Shown: piece after piece, positions 1 through 12,535 of the stretch | Layout of the letters: each line of letters begins with the position of its first letter | How positions within the stretch are numbered: position 1 is the first letter of the stretch | NCBI RefSeq assembly: GCF_964204645.1 | Contig: NC_134029.1 | Coordinates: 11,744,850-11,808,849, forward strand | Length of the DNA stretch: 64,000 nt | DNA from: Tubulanus polymorphus | Taxonomy: Eukaryota > Animalia > Nemertea | Direction: 5' to 3' | Translations under genes and position numbers: made by a program | Notes under the pieces: model-generated | Seen by the model: the letters and a program-made list of their open reading frames with translations, nothing else | Databases searched by the model: none | Told to the model about the DNA's origin: nothing

Positions 1-84
1 ACATTTAGAACACTTTTTGTAATATATGTTTATAACGCCAGTGTTATTTGTAATATTGATAGTTTGTGGTTGTTCTGGTTCCAT
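1..84 (-). CDS. 5' part of HNH/zinc-ribbon nuclease gene (homolog of 42124-42771), truncated by window edge
   Basis: Translates MEPEQPQTINITNNTGVINIYYKKCSKC, near-identical to the N-terminus of the 42124-42771 ORF; TAAATG start. Confidence 0.8.
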   Translation of the reverse strand, partial: MEPEQPQTINITNNTGVINIYYKKCSKC

Positions 85-224
85 TTATTATACGTATTTT
101 TTTACTAAATTGGTTAATAATTTATAATCCTCTTCTATTTCTTCGACTAACGTTATCCTTTTTCATTCCTAGCTGCTTTTGATAAGTTTTTTCGATTCCT
201 TGATATCTAAATCATACAAGCAGC

Positions 225-545
225 CGGCCATTTATGGCCGGTTTTGCTTAATGCGCATGCGTTAAACATAATTATAAATTCATTCTATAAATTCTGTAAA
301 ATAGAAACAACACATGCGTTACATGTGTCACATGCGGCCATTGATGGCCGGTTTTGCTTAATGCACATGTGTTAATCCTAATTATATATTCATTCTATAA
401 ATTCTGTAAAATAGAAACAACTGAACATAGAAAATTCAAACGCATTCATGTCCCTCGTCACATGCGTTACATGTGTCACATGCGTCACATGCGGCCATTT
501 ATGGCCGGTTTTGCTTAATGCGTATGTGTTAAACATAATAGAAAC
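225..545. repeat. Three imperfect direct repeats (spaced ~110-160 bp), each with palindrome CGGCCATT(T/G)ATGGCCG, plus 9-bp CACATGCGT units
   Basis: Copies begin near 225, 335 and 492. Confidence 0.8.
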
Positions 546-1506
546 GACTGAACATAAAAATTCACAAATCAGATTTACACAATACATTATACAAGTTGTT
601 CAGTCATTTCTTCTAATACATCATTTGATTTCTGTAAATACAATTTATAATTACAAACATTTTTTCAATTGCTGGTAAATATTTAACTACATCAACAAAT
701 GTTAAACTTAATCATTGGAGTCTTAATGTTTTTGAAATTCTTATATTTCTTCTTCGATCTTTTAGCGATTCTATTGGTTTGATATCCACCGGTTTGTGCG
801 TGTTTAATTTGACACCAGTTCCACAGTTGTATATAGGTTTATTTGACTCTGGGCCTAGTTCCACAGTTATCTAAAAGATATATCAAAATATAAATTGCTA
901 CACATAAATATATTTAAAGGTTTCATATTTAGCGGCCTTAATAAACAAAAACTGTACTTACATTTAACTCACGAACTGTAAACTGTATATGATGTGGTGT
1001 TTATGAGACTGTTATGATACAACGTTTATGAGAATATCCTGGTTATGACACAATGTTTATGAGACTATATCCGTTGAAAAGCGATCGATATATGCTGGTA
1101 TTTCGTTCTGTGTGTGTATACGCAACTAATTGCTTTTCACCCGTAGACTGTCAAGCGTCTGATGTGCGCGCCTATTTATACTATTCTATGCTCAGAAACA
1201 TCTAGAATAAGTGTGTTGAGACTTGCGAATTATGAGATTTTTGATTGGTTAGAGCTTAGTTGTCCAGAAACATCTAAAAAGCGCGTTGAGACTTGTAAAT
1301 TATGAGATTTGTGATTCGCTAACGTCCGCCGTATGATGTATAATACACAACGCGTTGAGACTTGTAAATATAGTTGAAAAAAAATCAATAATAAAGGCAT
1401 TTAGATCAATGAAATTAATTAACTCTTTACAATTGAAATATAAGCTGGTAACATATGTTTACTAGAGCTAATACAACCAACTATATAGCTGAGTATTATC
1501 GGGTGT

Positions 1507-1680
1507 TTATAACGATTCAACATATTTTTCACTATATGTTGAGTTCCTTAATTCGATAAATGTCTTTGCTTTAACCAACTGGACTAAAAACAAATGTGTT
1601 CTAGTTTTATTGTGTCTTGCTTTTTGGGATTTATCTATATCGATATTACATGTTGGGCAGTAGTACTTATTTGCTTCCAT
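1507..1680 (-). CDS. 57-aa chimeric ORF: PolB N-terminal zinc finger fused in frame to HNH-protein C-terminus (deletion junction)
   Basis: MEANKYYCPTCNIDIDKSQKARHNKTRTHL matches the PolB start at 62308; FLVQLVKAKTFIELRNSTYSEKYVESL matches YLDQLDKAKTFVELWNSTHNEKYVEC at the end of 42124-42771. Confidence 0.75.
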   Translation of the reverse strand: MEANKYYCPTCNIDIDKSQKARHNKTRTHLFLVQLVKAKTFIELRNSTYSEKYVESL

Positions 1681-1764
1681 TTTAATACTATATTTTTTAT
1701 TAAAATTGATTTTAGAAGTTCAATGATTTAAATGTTATTCATATATATATGAATAACATTTAAG

Positions 1765-1971
1765 AGTAATAGGGGTAATGGGCTTTCATATCAAAGGTTG
1801 AAAGGTTGAGGTTGATAAATTTTCCAAATGTTAAAATAATAATAATTTCTACTTGAATTAGGAGTGTACGCGACTAATTCAAGTAGAAATTGTTGTTATT
1901 TTAACATTTTGGAAAATTTCTCGGGCTCGACCTTTCGACCTTTGGTATGAAAGCCCATTACCCCTATTACT
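1765..1971. repeat. Terminal fold-back hairpin of Polinton copy A (~97-bp arms, 12-nt loop)
   Basis: AGTAATAGGGGTAATGGGCTTTCA...CTTGAATTAG gagtgtacgcga CTAATTCAAG...TGAAAGCCCATTACCCCTATTACT. Confidence 0.9.
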
Positions 1972-3569
1972 AACATGCGATTTTGGCTCGTTTTGGTTGT
2001 ACGTCGTGGTCGAAGAGTTAACGCAATGCTGTTGTTATGGGATACCGCAATAAAAACAAATTATACAGATGATGTTTGATGGAGATATGAATATTTATTA
2101 ATAAAAAATATATGTTGTTTTCAATCGGCATAAATTGGTGGTGTTTGTTTTTCATTTTATTGAAAAAAAATATTTGCGGGACTGTTCTCGCTGGACAGGA
2201 AGTGGAGTAGTCGGAGCAGTACACGTAGACGTGCGCCGTTTTCCAAGAATCAAGTTTCCGTAGTAAGTATTAATCACTTTATTTTGTGAATTGTGTATCT
2301 CCAGTCAACGGGCTTTTCAAGCAATTATTTTGGACACTTTTATAGCTTAGATTGCAGCTAATATTGAAAATGTGTGGACCAGAGGTACTAACGGTTAAGG
2401 TATTCATTTCATTAGTTAACCACTTCAGCAAGTTCTTTGAAGAGATGTTCCTCAAATCATCCCCACTTAATCTTAAAAAATTAAGACAAACTCTAGTTTT
2501 GCATTTTCATATCTACCAAATACAATATGAAATATTTGTTGATTGATTTTGTTTTGTTTTTCAGACTCTGAGAGCACCAAGGGTAACAAAAAACTACGAG
2601 ATTCTTGCCATTGAAAAGATAGATTCAACCGATGTAAACTTTTTATGCGACCTCGGTGAAAACACAGATTGTTTCAGTATTAAGATACCTAAACCTATGC
2701 ATTATAATTATTACCAATTGCAAACAGTATCATTCGAACTAAAACAGTTTTTGAAACATGGTTTAACACATATTCGGTACAATTTGATTAGGTGTCTAAT
2801 TAATATTATGTCATACATAACGTGTACATTCATTTCCTGTGTTGTGAATAATCAACAAACGAGATCAGTTATTAAGTTAGCAAATAAAACTATTTTTACA
2901 TGTTTCTATATATTTAATCTTGGTGTTCTTCATGCAGTTGAGCAGGATATCTGGCCCACACCTCCATCCATCAGCTTTCAAAATTGAGATTGTGACACTA
3001 TATGGGATAACATTTTAGTCAAGATTTCAGTTTCATGGAATAACTTTACCAAGGACTTGTATCAACATTTCTGTACAGTTCACATCTATTTTGAAACAAA
3101 TGCAGTAAAAATTACCGCTAGATTCCCTATCATACCTAGGGGTCTGCAGGCAAATGATCCTTGGTTTTGTTAATTTGATTTAAAAGTGTTTTGATGGAGA
3201 TTTGTCCCTCCAATGAATTGATAATTTGCTACGGCACATTTGAATTTGAAAAATGCTGCAGTTTTAAAAGAATTGACATGGGTTGCTGTCGCCACCTACT
3301 GCATTCTATGAGAGAATTGCTGTAGGTCAGATTTGCCCAGATTTTAGGCCTGGTACTGTTACAAATGACGCCAACTAGATCCACCTAATAGTTACCGTAA
3401 GTGTTTATGAAACTGCTTCTAGTCAGCATTGTTTTCTCCACCCATATAATATTTATGTTGCCCATGAAAGTAAGTGCATACATATACAAACGACGTCCTG
3501 TTAGAAAGTGTGTTTCTAGTTTATTGGTTACAGTTCTATGTTTGAATGTTGCAGTTTTCAGAATAAATA

Positions 3570-4590
3570 TATAACTGTATTTATGAAATAATAATTCCAC
3601 CCAGTGTTTTCGTTAAATTGATTTTCAGTTTGAGGATTTATTATCGAGGATCCGAAATGACTTATCTGGACAGTTATATCAACTGCTCCTAATAGATAGA
3701 CAAAAGTAGTGAGATATTTTAAATCCTAATTTAAATAAAAAGTATTAAAAATTACATATCTTTAACTAGCTAGTGAATTCTATTATATTTTTAATATTTT
3801 CTTTTGCAATTCTAATTAACACTAGATTAAATAGATTTTGATAAGAATTGAATAAAAATTACATATCTTCAAATAGCTATTCAAATCTAGTTAATACTAG
3901 AATTCTTTAACTTCAAATAGCTAGTATTGAAAATTCTTTAACTTTATCTAGCTAGTATCATTTGAAGAATACTTATAATATTTTTTCGCTTTTTTCTCTT
4001 AATATAAATGTCAAAGAAATCGAGTAAAATAGTATTGATATTGAAAAGACAATTGAAGATTTAGGTATTACAGATAATAAAGATACAGTTGTTACTTATT
4101 GTATTCAAAATAAAAATATTGACTATAAATACTATTTAACATGTAAGCATCATCTAGAATTATTAATTGCCAGCGGAAAGTGCAACGAAAATAGAATTTT
4201 TAGCTTTTCAAGAATTAGATAAAATGAAACCAGATCAAACATTTTATCAAGTAATCAAACATTTAAAAATATACGAAGAAGCTAGATTAGTTAGAATAAA
4301 TGACTCTATAAGTGATGGAATAGTAAAATGTTATTCTAAGTTATGTCACCGGATAATACCAATTGATGATGAAAATAAATTATATACTGATTTAAAAAAT
4401 GATTACTTAGTTATGACCGAACTCCAAAAATGGGTTGGATACGCTTCATTCCGATTAGGCGGAATAATGATATTAATTTCTACTGGCGTAATAACATTTT
4501 CTAATTTCAAACCTACAGTAAATAAACCAGATAGTTTCGAATCAGATAATAAATCAGAAGATATTGAATCAGAACAAAAATTAACTAAAA
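3570..4590 (+). pseudogene. Inverted Polinton fragment carrying a frameshifted homolog of the 200-aa gene (40362-40964)
   Basis: Reverse complement of ~40372-41350; ATG at 4008 in TAAATG; ORF 4167-4613 shares IYEEARL.RINDSISDGIVKCYS...WVGYASF. Confidence 0.85.
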
Positions 4591-4659
4591 ATATTGCTGC
4601 AAAGCAGCGATAACGGGTTTTCTGCACAGTCTTGGAATCCTGGTCAACGGTGGATTTCA

Positions 4660-5680
4660 ACGGGCGATAAACCAAAATAATGAATTGTCGCGGGCGATAA
4701 AACCATAATAATAAATTGTCGCGGGCGTTAAAACCAAAATATTGAATTGTCGCGGGCGATAAAACCAAAATAATGGATTGTCGCGGATGACAAAAACAAA
4801 ATATTGAATTGTTGCGTGCGACAAAACCAAAATAATGAATTGTCGCGCGCGACAAAACAAAAAAAAAGAATTGTCGCGGGCGATAAAACCAAAATATTGA
4901 ATTGTCGCGGGCGACAGAACCAAAATAATGAATTGTCGCGGGCGATAAAACCAAAATAATGAATTGTCGCGGGCGATAAAACCAAAATAATGAATTATCG
5001 CGGGCGACAAAACCAAAAAATGAATTGTTGTGAGCGACAAAACCAAATGAATTGTCGCGGGCGACACAACCAAAAAAAAGAATTGTCGCGGGCAATAAAA
5101 TCAAAATATTGAATTGTCAGGGGCAATAAAACCAAAATAATGAATTGTCGCGGGCGATAAAACCAAAATATTGAACTGTCGCGGGCAACAAAACCAAAAT
5201 ATTGAATTGTCGCTGGCAACAAAACCAAACTAATGAATTGTCGCGGGCAATAAAACCAAAATAATGAATTGCCACGGGCGATAAAACCAAAATATTGAAT
5301 TGTCGCGGGCGACAGAACCAAAATAATGAATTGTCACGGGCGATAAAACCAAAATAATGAATTATCACGGACGATACAACCAAAATATTGAATTGTCGCG
5401 GGCGACAAAACCAAAAAAAATTGTCGCGGGCGACAAAAACAAAATATTGAATTGTCGCGGGCGACAAAACCTAAATAATGAATTCCTGCGGGCGATAAAA
5501 CCAAAATAATGAATTGTCGCGGGCATCAAAACCAAAATATTGAATTGCTGCGGGTGAAAAAACCAAACTAATGAATTGTCGCAGGCAATAAAAACCAAAA
5601 TAATGAATTGTCGCAGGCGATAAAACCAAAATATTGAATTGTCGCGGGCGACAAAACCAAAATTATTGATTTGTCGCGTT
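4660..5680. repeat. Tandem satellite, ~31-bp unit, ~33 copies
   Basis: Unit GGGCGA(T/C)AAAACCAAAATA(A/T)TGAATTGTCGC with internal palindrome TTGTCGCGGGCGACAA. Confidence 0.95.
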
Positions 5681-5793
5681 ATTTTAGTTTTTCGTTTGTC
5701 GTAATGTCGCCCTCATTTGCATGTCCATGTTTTTTTTACGCATGGCCCTTATCAGCCACCATACTAAAGCCTTAAGGTCGCGTAAAATACTCG

Positions 5794-6941
5794 GGTGTTG
5801 TCATATCGCGGAAAGACGGAATCGCGGAATTTTACAAAAACGCGGAATTTCTTCATTTTTACTATAGTAAACGGGTTTTCCCACGGGGATACCCACTGTC
5901 GGACAGGGCACCGGACCCAGGTTTTCAACACCGGGAATTAGTATTTGATAATTTATTATATCGCCAGTCAACAACTTAACGATACTGTTTCAAATAATGG
6001 AGAACCTACGCAATACGTGCTTTGCGAATTCAGTGATTCAGAGTATCGCTGCATTAACTGAAGGAATCCAAATCGATGGTACCTAAACGTAGGATTTGTG
6101 ATGACACCATGGGTCATTCTCAAGGACTCACTTCCGAGTTAAGATGTGACTCTGGTCTCTGGATTTAAAACATTGGAAATGAATTGATTCTAAGTAACTC
6201 AGAGTTAACTCAAAACTGTGGAACTGGATCGATGTCAGACGAAAATAAATATACATTATGTATATTTCATTCTGGCTTAGGATTGTTCATGCGTGTTGTG
6301 TGTCTACATTGTTGTTATAAGCGAAATAATGTGGTTTATCTTTTAGAATTAAATGATATGAAAGATTATAAAATGGCTTCGTTTTTTTTTTAATGTTTAC
6401 TTTGTGACTGCTATAACATATATGTTCCTATGCTGATTATTTGGGTCAAAAGAATCTTATTGGTACCGGTACTGGACGGCCGTAAAATTATAATAATTTC
6501 AAAGGAATTTGAACCGGTACTTGTTTGGTCGTAGGATTTCATGTTTGCAACCATCTACAACTACGGTCCGACACCGCGAACGTGCTTAATATTTATCTGA
6601 TAATATTCGTTTCTGAAGTTCTCAAAAAGTCGATGAACTTCGATAACCGAAGTTTGCCTAATAGAAATAGACATTAGGTGCCTGGTCTCTTTCACCTCAC
6701 TTGATTCTGACTTCTTCTACAGGTGGCAGCCAGTCAACGGTATCGTAATATAATAATTCCATATAAAATTGCCTGCAAATAATGGGATTCGAACCTAAGT
6801 CGTTGCATCGATCGGTCCGGTGCCCTGTCCGACAGTGGGTATCCCCGTGGGAAAACCCGTTTACTATTTAAAGTAAAAATGAAGAAATTCCGCGTTTTTG
6901 GAAAATTCCGCGATTCCGTCTTTCCGCGATATGACAACACC
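5794..6941. mobile_element. Non-autonomous TIR element (MITE-like) with ~125-bp terminal inverted repeats
   Basis: GGTGTTGTCATATCGCGGAAAGACGG...GGGCACCGGACC (5794-5917) is inverted at 6813-6941; no clear TSD. Confidence 0.75.
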
Positions 6942-7260
6942 GCTTCTCACTTCACGCGCTCGAGCTTCGAGTAGGCCTTCTCACTTCGCGCGCTCGAAAA
7001 GCTCGCTCAAAGCCGAATGCTCGCGCGAATAACCCTTCGAGCAAAACATCAAAACGATACCCATTTTATAGCTCTAAGACAAGTTGAAAAAACACAAGTT
7101 ATGCTTGATTCTCATGTTCAAATTTAATTCAAATTTATTTTATTACATCATATTTACAAAGCATATCATTGGTTCATACAGTAATAAAAATTAGGGCAGA
7201 ACAAATATTATTACAGAAACTCCAAAAAGGCAATGAATTTCTGTAACTAAATGAACATTA

Positions 7261-7830
7261 TTTTTAGCCCACTTGGGACTTTAGTCCCAGTGGGCTATTG
7301 CGTTCACTTTTCGTCCGTCGTCCATTCGTCCGTCCGTAGACGGAAATCAGTTATTTTAGGAAGTTTTGAAGACACTTCAATGTAATGTCTTGATATTTGG
7401 GTTTCACATGTATCTACCCTAGACACATCTTCAGCCCAAAAACTGGCCCTGTCAGAATCAAGATGGCCGACTGGCAGCCATTGTTGTTCGCCAAAATCAA
7501 CACTTTTTACACATTTTTGAACTTTTTGAGGGAAATTTTGAAGATGCTTCGATCAATTTCCTTGATCTTTCAGATATATGTGAATGCCCCCTGGGCCCAT
7601 CAGCATAACAAAAATTGGGATACGGACTCAAGATGGCCGTCCTATGACCTTTTTTAGTGCCCAAAAATGTCAATTTTGGCCCGAATTCTGAGTTTGCTCA
7701 TTTCTCATTGCAATTTGTGATGGGTATTCTTTGAAAAGGGATGTTTTATACCTTTGATACCTGAATTGTTAGATTGTTGAGCATTTGGAACCTCTTCCCA
7801 AGTGGGCATGGTGTCCCTGGACCCCTAGTT
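7261..7830 (+). mobile_element. Helentron-associated non-autonomous element (HINE/DINE-1-like)
   Basis: Subterminal IR GCCCACTT/AAGTGGGC, 5' hairpin, GTCC-type microsatellite, 3' hairpin, T-rich insertion site; core shared with ~24493-24900. Confidence 0.75.
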
Positions 7831-10800
7831 CTAATAACTCAAATCAAGAGTGACTCTCCCGTTTATTAGGAAACACACGCAACTAGTGGAATAGGTTTGA
7901 TTTACACACATGTTGCAGGTATCAATTGTTTATCACTGTAGAATTTATAATCCATAAAAGCCAAAATCAACATCAGCCGGAAACCCAGACCAAATCAATT
8001 CATAATTTATTGATTGAATCTACACTACAATAAATGTATTTATTCAAATATTTCAATAAAAACATTAACTTCTTAAATCTATCTGTGAATTCACTCAATC
8101 TATCGACTCAGCAGGTGCTTAAGATGAGTTCTTAATAGGACAGATCCATTTTAAGGATGGTGATAATACAGTATCATGATGTTTGAATGCCAAAATAAAT
8201 GCCTGGTCAAATATATTAATATTTGTGATTGTACGTCCGCGTATGTTCTTTTTCAAAGCTGAATCATATTTGACGTTTACACAGTGGTTTTATATTAGGT
8301 TCGAATCTGTCAATGCATTTTATGATATGTATCGATATTTCAATTTACTACAATTCCCATCATTCTGAATGGCTTTACAGAAAACCCGTCATCGCTGCTT
8401 TGCAGCTATATTCCTTTTAATTATTTCATGTTGAATAATATCAGTTTTTTTTATTTTCTGATGTATTGTAATCCGGTTTAGAATCATTATTTAATTTGAT
8501 ATTCTTTGTTTTAGTTTCTGTTAATTGAATATGTTTTTTAATTTTTTCACCTTCCATTAATTTTGGAGCGGTGATTATTTTTTTATTTATGTCATTTAAT
8601 CCAAATGAATTATTTATTGTTGCAGTTTTAATTAGATTATTGTAACAAATTATATTTCCCATTTTTAATATTAAATCATTAGAAATGATTAATAAATTGG
8701 GACCTATACAATAATTTAATCTTTAATGAGATTTATCTAAATAATTTTGGTACCTGACTATATTTTCTGGAAACTGTTGGTGATCTTGTTTCAACTTGCG
8801 CACCTAAAATACATATCAAATAAGTTCTAATAGATTGATTTATTCTCTATATTCCAGCTTTAGTAAAACCTTCACTATTTTCTAAAATATAATTAATCCA
8901 TCCATTATTATTTTGTTGTTGTATATTATTATAATATTTTGGTAATTCATTCCTATTTAGTGTTCTTATATCTGTATGTGTCATTATTTTTCCAAATTCT
9001 TTAGTATATAATATTCCTAATCCACCCATTGTACCAATTTTTGCTCTAAAATCATTATTTGAATTAATATTAAATTCATTACATATTTTATAAAACTTAG
9101 AAAAATTAACATTATTATTTAGTTCATTAAAATATTTTGAACCTGGTAAAGGGCACTCTAATTCATTTAATATTAATTTTATTTAAAAATATGTATGGTT
9201 TATTTAAATGATCATTCCAACTTATACCACACCCTGTTGTTGCACAATCAAAACAGCAAAATTTAATTGGTTCTGCCAATACTTCATTAGATTTTAATAA
9301 CGATTGTTTTGCCTCATTTAAATTTTTAAAATTAATTACGTAAATATTGAATATATTTTCCACCTTAACATTAAAATTATTAGTTTCAGTAACATAAATA
9401 TCTAAATTAATTAATGAATCTAAAACTTCATTTCTATATGAAATATCTTTAATAAAATCTATTGCAGGAATATTATATCTAATTGATTTATTATATATTG
9501 AAAAGCTTTTGGAAAACTATCTGCCATTTATATAATAAAAAGATTAATAATTAATTAATTCTTTTGATAATTTATCTTGTTCTTCAATTGTAATATTACC
9601 ATTTAAACTTATTATATAATCTAATGTATTCTTTAATTTATTAATTTCTTTTATATTAGATTTTATTTTTTCTTTATTACCTTTTATATTTAATTCTGAA
9701 CTTATTCCGGTTAAAACACTTAATGATAATCCTAACACGCCAATTAAGATGGTTTAAGGTGTTAATGGTGAGAATATTGCTAAAAATATTATTACAGAAC
9801 TTATTGTAACTGAACCACTGATAATAGAATGATATATTATTTTAAATATATTTTTTTTATCTTTAAATCATTTTCAAATTCTAATATTTGTTTTTCAAAA
9901 TATAATTTTAATTTAGTTTTATTTATATCATGAGGAATGATATCATTATTATCAACTTTATCATCCATTTATTTAGAAAAAAATAATTTGTAAATTTATA
10001 TGCCACAAATATAACAATAACAGTTCCACCTAAAATCCAAATTATTTCATAATTTTGTTGTTCTTTACTTGGTGTATAATAATCTGATAATTTAGGTTTG
10101 TATAGATGTAATTTTTCTTTATTTGTTACTGCGTTATATAAACTCATTGCATCATCGACTGATTGAAAATCTCTATGTGTAATTTTCTGATTATATAATT
10201 CTTTATTGATGTAATCCATGTAATTTTTTTTTCTCTATATTCTTCTGCAGCTTTATTATATTTCTCTAATGCTAAGTTATGTCTTCTTTGTTCTGCTAAT
10301 GAACTATTTTTATCAATATGCTTAAATAAATACCCACCACCAGTAAATGCTAAAGTGTTAACAATTGCTGATCCTATAATAGTTATAATTGCAGAAGCCA
10401 TTTATTTAATAAAAGAAATTACGCATTTATATAGGAGGAATATATTTTTGTTTTTCCAAATAATCAATTGTTGAATTAGATAAGGTAACTGCTAATGTTA
10501 ATTTTAAACTGCTAATTTTAAAATATCATTGATATCAAATCTAACAACATTAATACTTCCCATTCTAAATACTTTTTTTAATACCATTGTATAACCAACA
10601 GTTCCCACTGATAATAATGCTCCATTATATAACCCATTTATTATCCACTTCTGTTCTGCCATTTATTAATCAAAAAAATTACCATCTTCAAAATATTTAG
10701 TTATCTTATTAGTTATTATTTCAACATTTATTTTGTTTCATTAGGAAATACAATATTTTTAATATGTGTTATTACATCATTAATATTAAATTTCATTTCT

Positions 10801-10872
10801 TTCTCACGTTTAAAATCAAACCCAAAACATATACTCGGCCCTACTGTTATATTCATTTATATAGTGAAAAAA

Positions 10873-11633
10873 TTATTCTTTACATCTTATAACTAATTCA
10901 TGAATTACAGGAAAGTTATTTAAATCAATTAAGTATCCATTATGATTTCTTACTTCTAACTTAAAATTATTAAATTTTGGAATACAAGGTTTAAAATTAC
11001 ACTCAGCTAAATTATAATTAATTTGAGTTCCAAATTGTTTAACATTTTTTAATGGTAAAATATTTAATATACTAGAATTACAAATTGTACTTTTAGTTGC
11101 TTCAAATGTTTTTGTAGGATCAATTAAATTGCAATAAATATAAAAGTGTGTGAAAGGCATTATATTTGAATTACCGTCTACGTTTCCTGTAACAGTATCT
11201 GGTGCAATTCCTAGCAATTTAGCTAATGGGTTTTTTTTGTCATAAATGCATGTTTAATTTCATCATATACCTTTATTTTAATTTTATTTGTGATATCACT
11301 TTTTATAAATCTAATTAAAAACTTATCATCTCTTCTAATTTTCAACCGTGCTCTTCGATTAATTTCTTGAACTAATGTTTCTAAATTATATAATCCTGGT
11401 TTTAAAATTAAAAACCATTTGTTTATATTTCTAATATGAATTAAAAAAGTATTATCTTCAGTAGTTTCATCCGTTATATAATCAAAAGAATTACATAAAC
11501 CTATATTTACTAATTTTAAATCTACACAATTCTTAAATTCCCTATCTAATTGTACTAGTAAATTATGTGATTTTTGATTATGCAGTTTCCTAGAATCAAC
11601 AAATATTCTATATTCTTTTAATTTATCTTGCAT
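10873..11633 (-). pseudogene. Minor capsid (penton-like) protein, frameshifted
   Basis: ORFs 11223-11633 and 10873-11217 together match 57172-57927. Confidence 0.8.
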
Positions 11634-11643
11634 TTTACATATT

Positions 11644-11997
11644 TTATTCGAAATCTATATCATGGTGTCCTTTTTCATTCTTACCTTTATATATGAAATA
11701 GAAATCACCAGAACATAATTCTTCTAAATCTTCACTAGATAATCTATGAAATCTATCTGGTAAATATGTTCTGAATTTATATTTATTTCTTTTTAACCCT
11801 TCATATTCTAAGTGGATAACTAATTTACCTCCATATGTGTTAGTAATTATTTCAATATTTGTAATTAAATATTTCTTATGAATTGTTAATTCTGTTAACT
11901 TCATAAATTTATAATCTATGGATTTTACATTTGTAGTATCTTTTATTCTATCTAGAAATGATTCGTTGTTCTCACTGTGTACTTGTTTACTCTCCAT
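11644..11997 (-). CDS. 117-aa Polinton protein (intact), putative OB-fold/ssDNA-binding
   Basis: Same length as and highly similar to 57945-58298; function is inference. Confidence 0.7.
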   Translation of the reverse strand: MESKQVHSENNESFLDRIKDTTNVKSIDYKFMKLTELTIHKKYLITNIEIITNTYGGKLVIHLEYEGLKRNKYKFRTYLPDRFHRLSSEDLEELCSGDFYFIYKGKNEKGHHDIDFE

Positions 11998-12535
11998 TTA
12001 TTATACATATTTTTATTAAAATTGATTGACATGCTAGAATTCTTTTCGTAATTTCATTCTCTTTTATTTCTTCTCTTTTGAACTTTAAGTATTCATCTAA
12101 ATTACAACCATATGCAACTGTGTGTATACCATCATCTAAAATATATCTTTTACCATCGAAAGGATTCAAACTTATCTTCTCTATCTCTTCAATAAACATC
12201 TCGTGATCTTCTGATCTTAAACATTTCATCTTATGTTTTCTAACTTCTTCATTGAATATACAAGTGATGTAATCTTTAAAATGAATATTCTTTTCTACTA
12301 CACTTTTTGTTATACCGTTTATCCTTTTAGCTTCATGTTCTTTAGTTCTATAACTATACAATTTAGATCTAATACCTATAAATTCTATCATTTCTTCACC
12401 TCCTAATTCATCCATGAACTTTCCTGGCACCTTTTTATTATCATTGCCAAACAATTCGTGATCTTTTGGATAGTTACTAAAATCAAAATGATGTTTTAAT
12501 GTTTTTGAATCATCTGTTATGCTATTAGTTTTTAT
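11987..12535 (-). pseudogene. polB: Protein-primed PolB C-terminal fragment (copy B)
   Basis: KVPGKFMDELGG...FIGIRSKLYSY...KISLNPFDGKRYIL; resumes at 28655 after the insertion. Confidence 0.9.

Larger units (their letters stand above)
1..1971 (-). mobile_element. Polinton/Maverick-family copy A, internally deleted right-end portion (continues beyond window start)
   Basis: 1-112 matches 42690-42800 of copy C; 1594-1730 matches 62223-62358; ends in the same AGTAATAGGGGTAATGGGCTTTCA terminal motif as copy C. Confidence 0.85.
4591..8412. mobile_element. Segment bounded by ~35-bp inverted repeats resembling Helentron 3' ends
   Basis: ATATTGCTGCAAAGCAGCGATAACGGGTTTTCTG at 4591 and CAGAAAACCCGTCATCGCTGCTTTGCAGCTATATT at 8378; each contains a GCTGC-nnn-GCAGC hairpin. 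Confidence 0.5.
8415..12535 (-). mobile_element. Decayed Polinton copy B, left part: pseudogenes of the 441-aa, 144-aa, 140-aa, 73-aa and 107-aa genes, mCP, the 117-aa gene and the PolB C-terminus
   Basis: Colinear and highly similar to ~54420-58836 of copy C, with many frameshifts and deletions. Confidence 0.92.

Noticed and set aside
390-678. Short ORFs with CVT/HVT repeats
   Set aside because: Translation of 9-bp CACATGCGT repeats
1972-3570. Possible host gene exons
   Set aside because: Only short stop-ridden frames with no recognisable motif
4660-5680. CRISPR-like array and overlapping repetitive ORFs (4403-5598)
   Set aside because: Units are head-to-tail with no unique spacers and no cas genes; the ORFs are artefacts of a satellite
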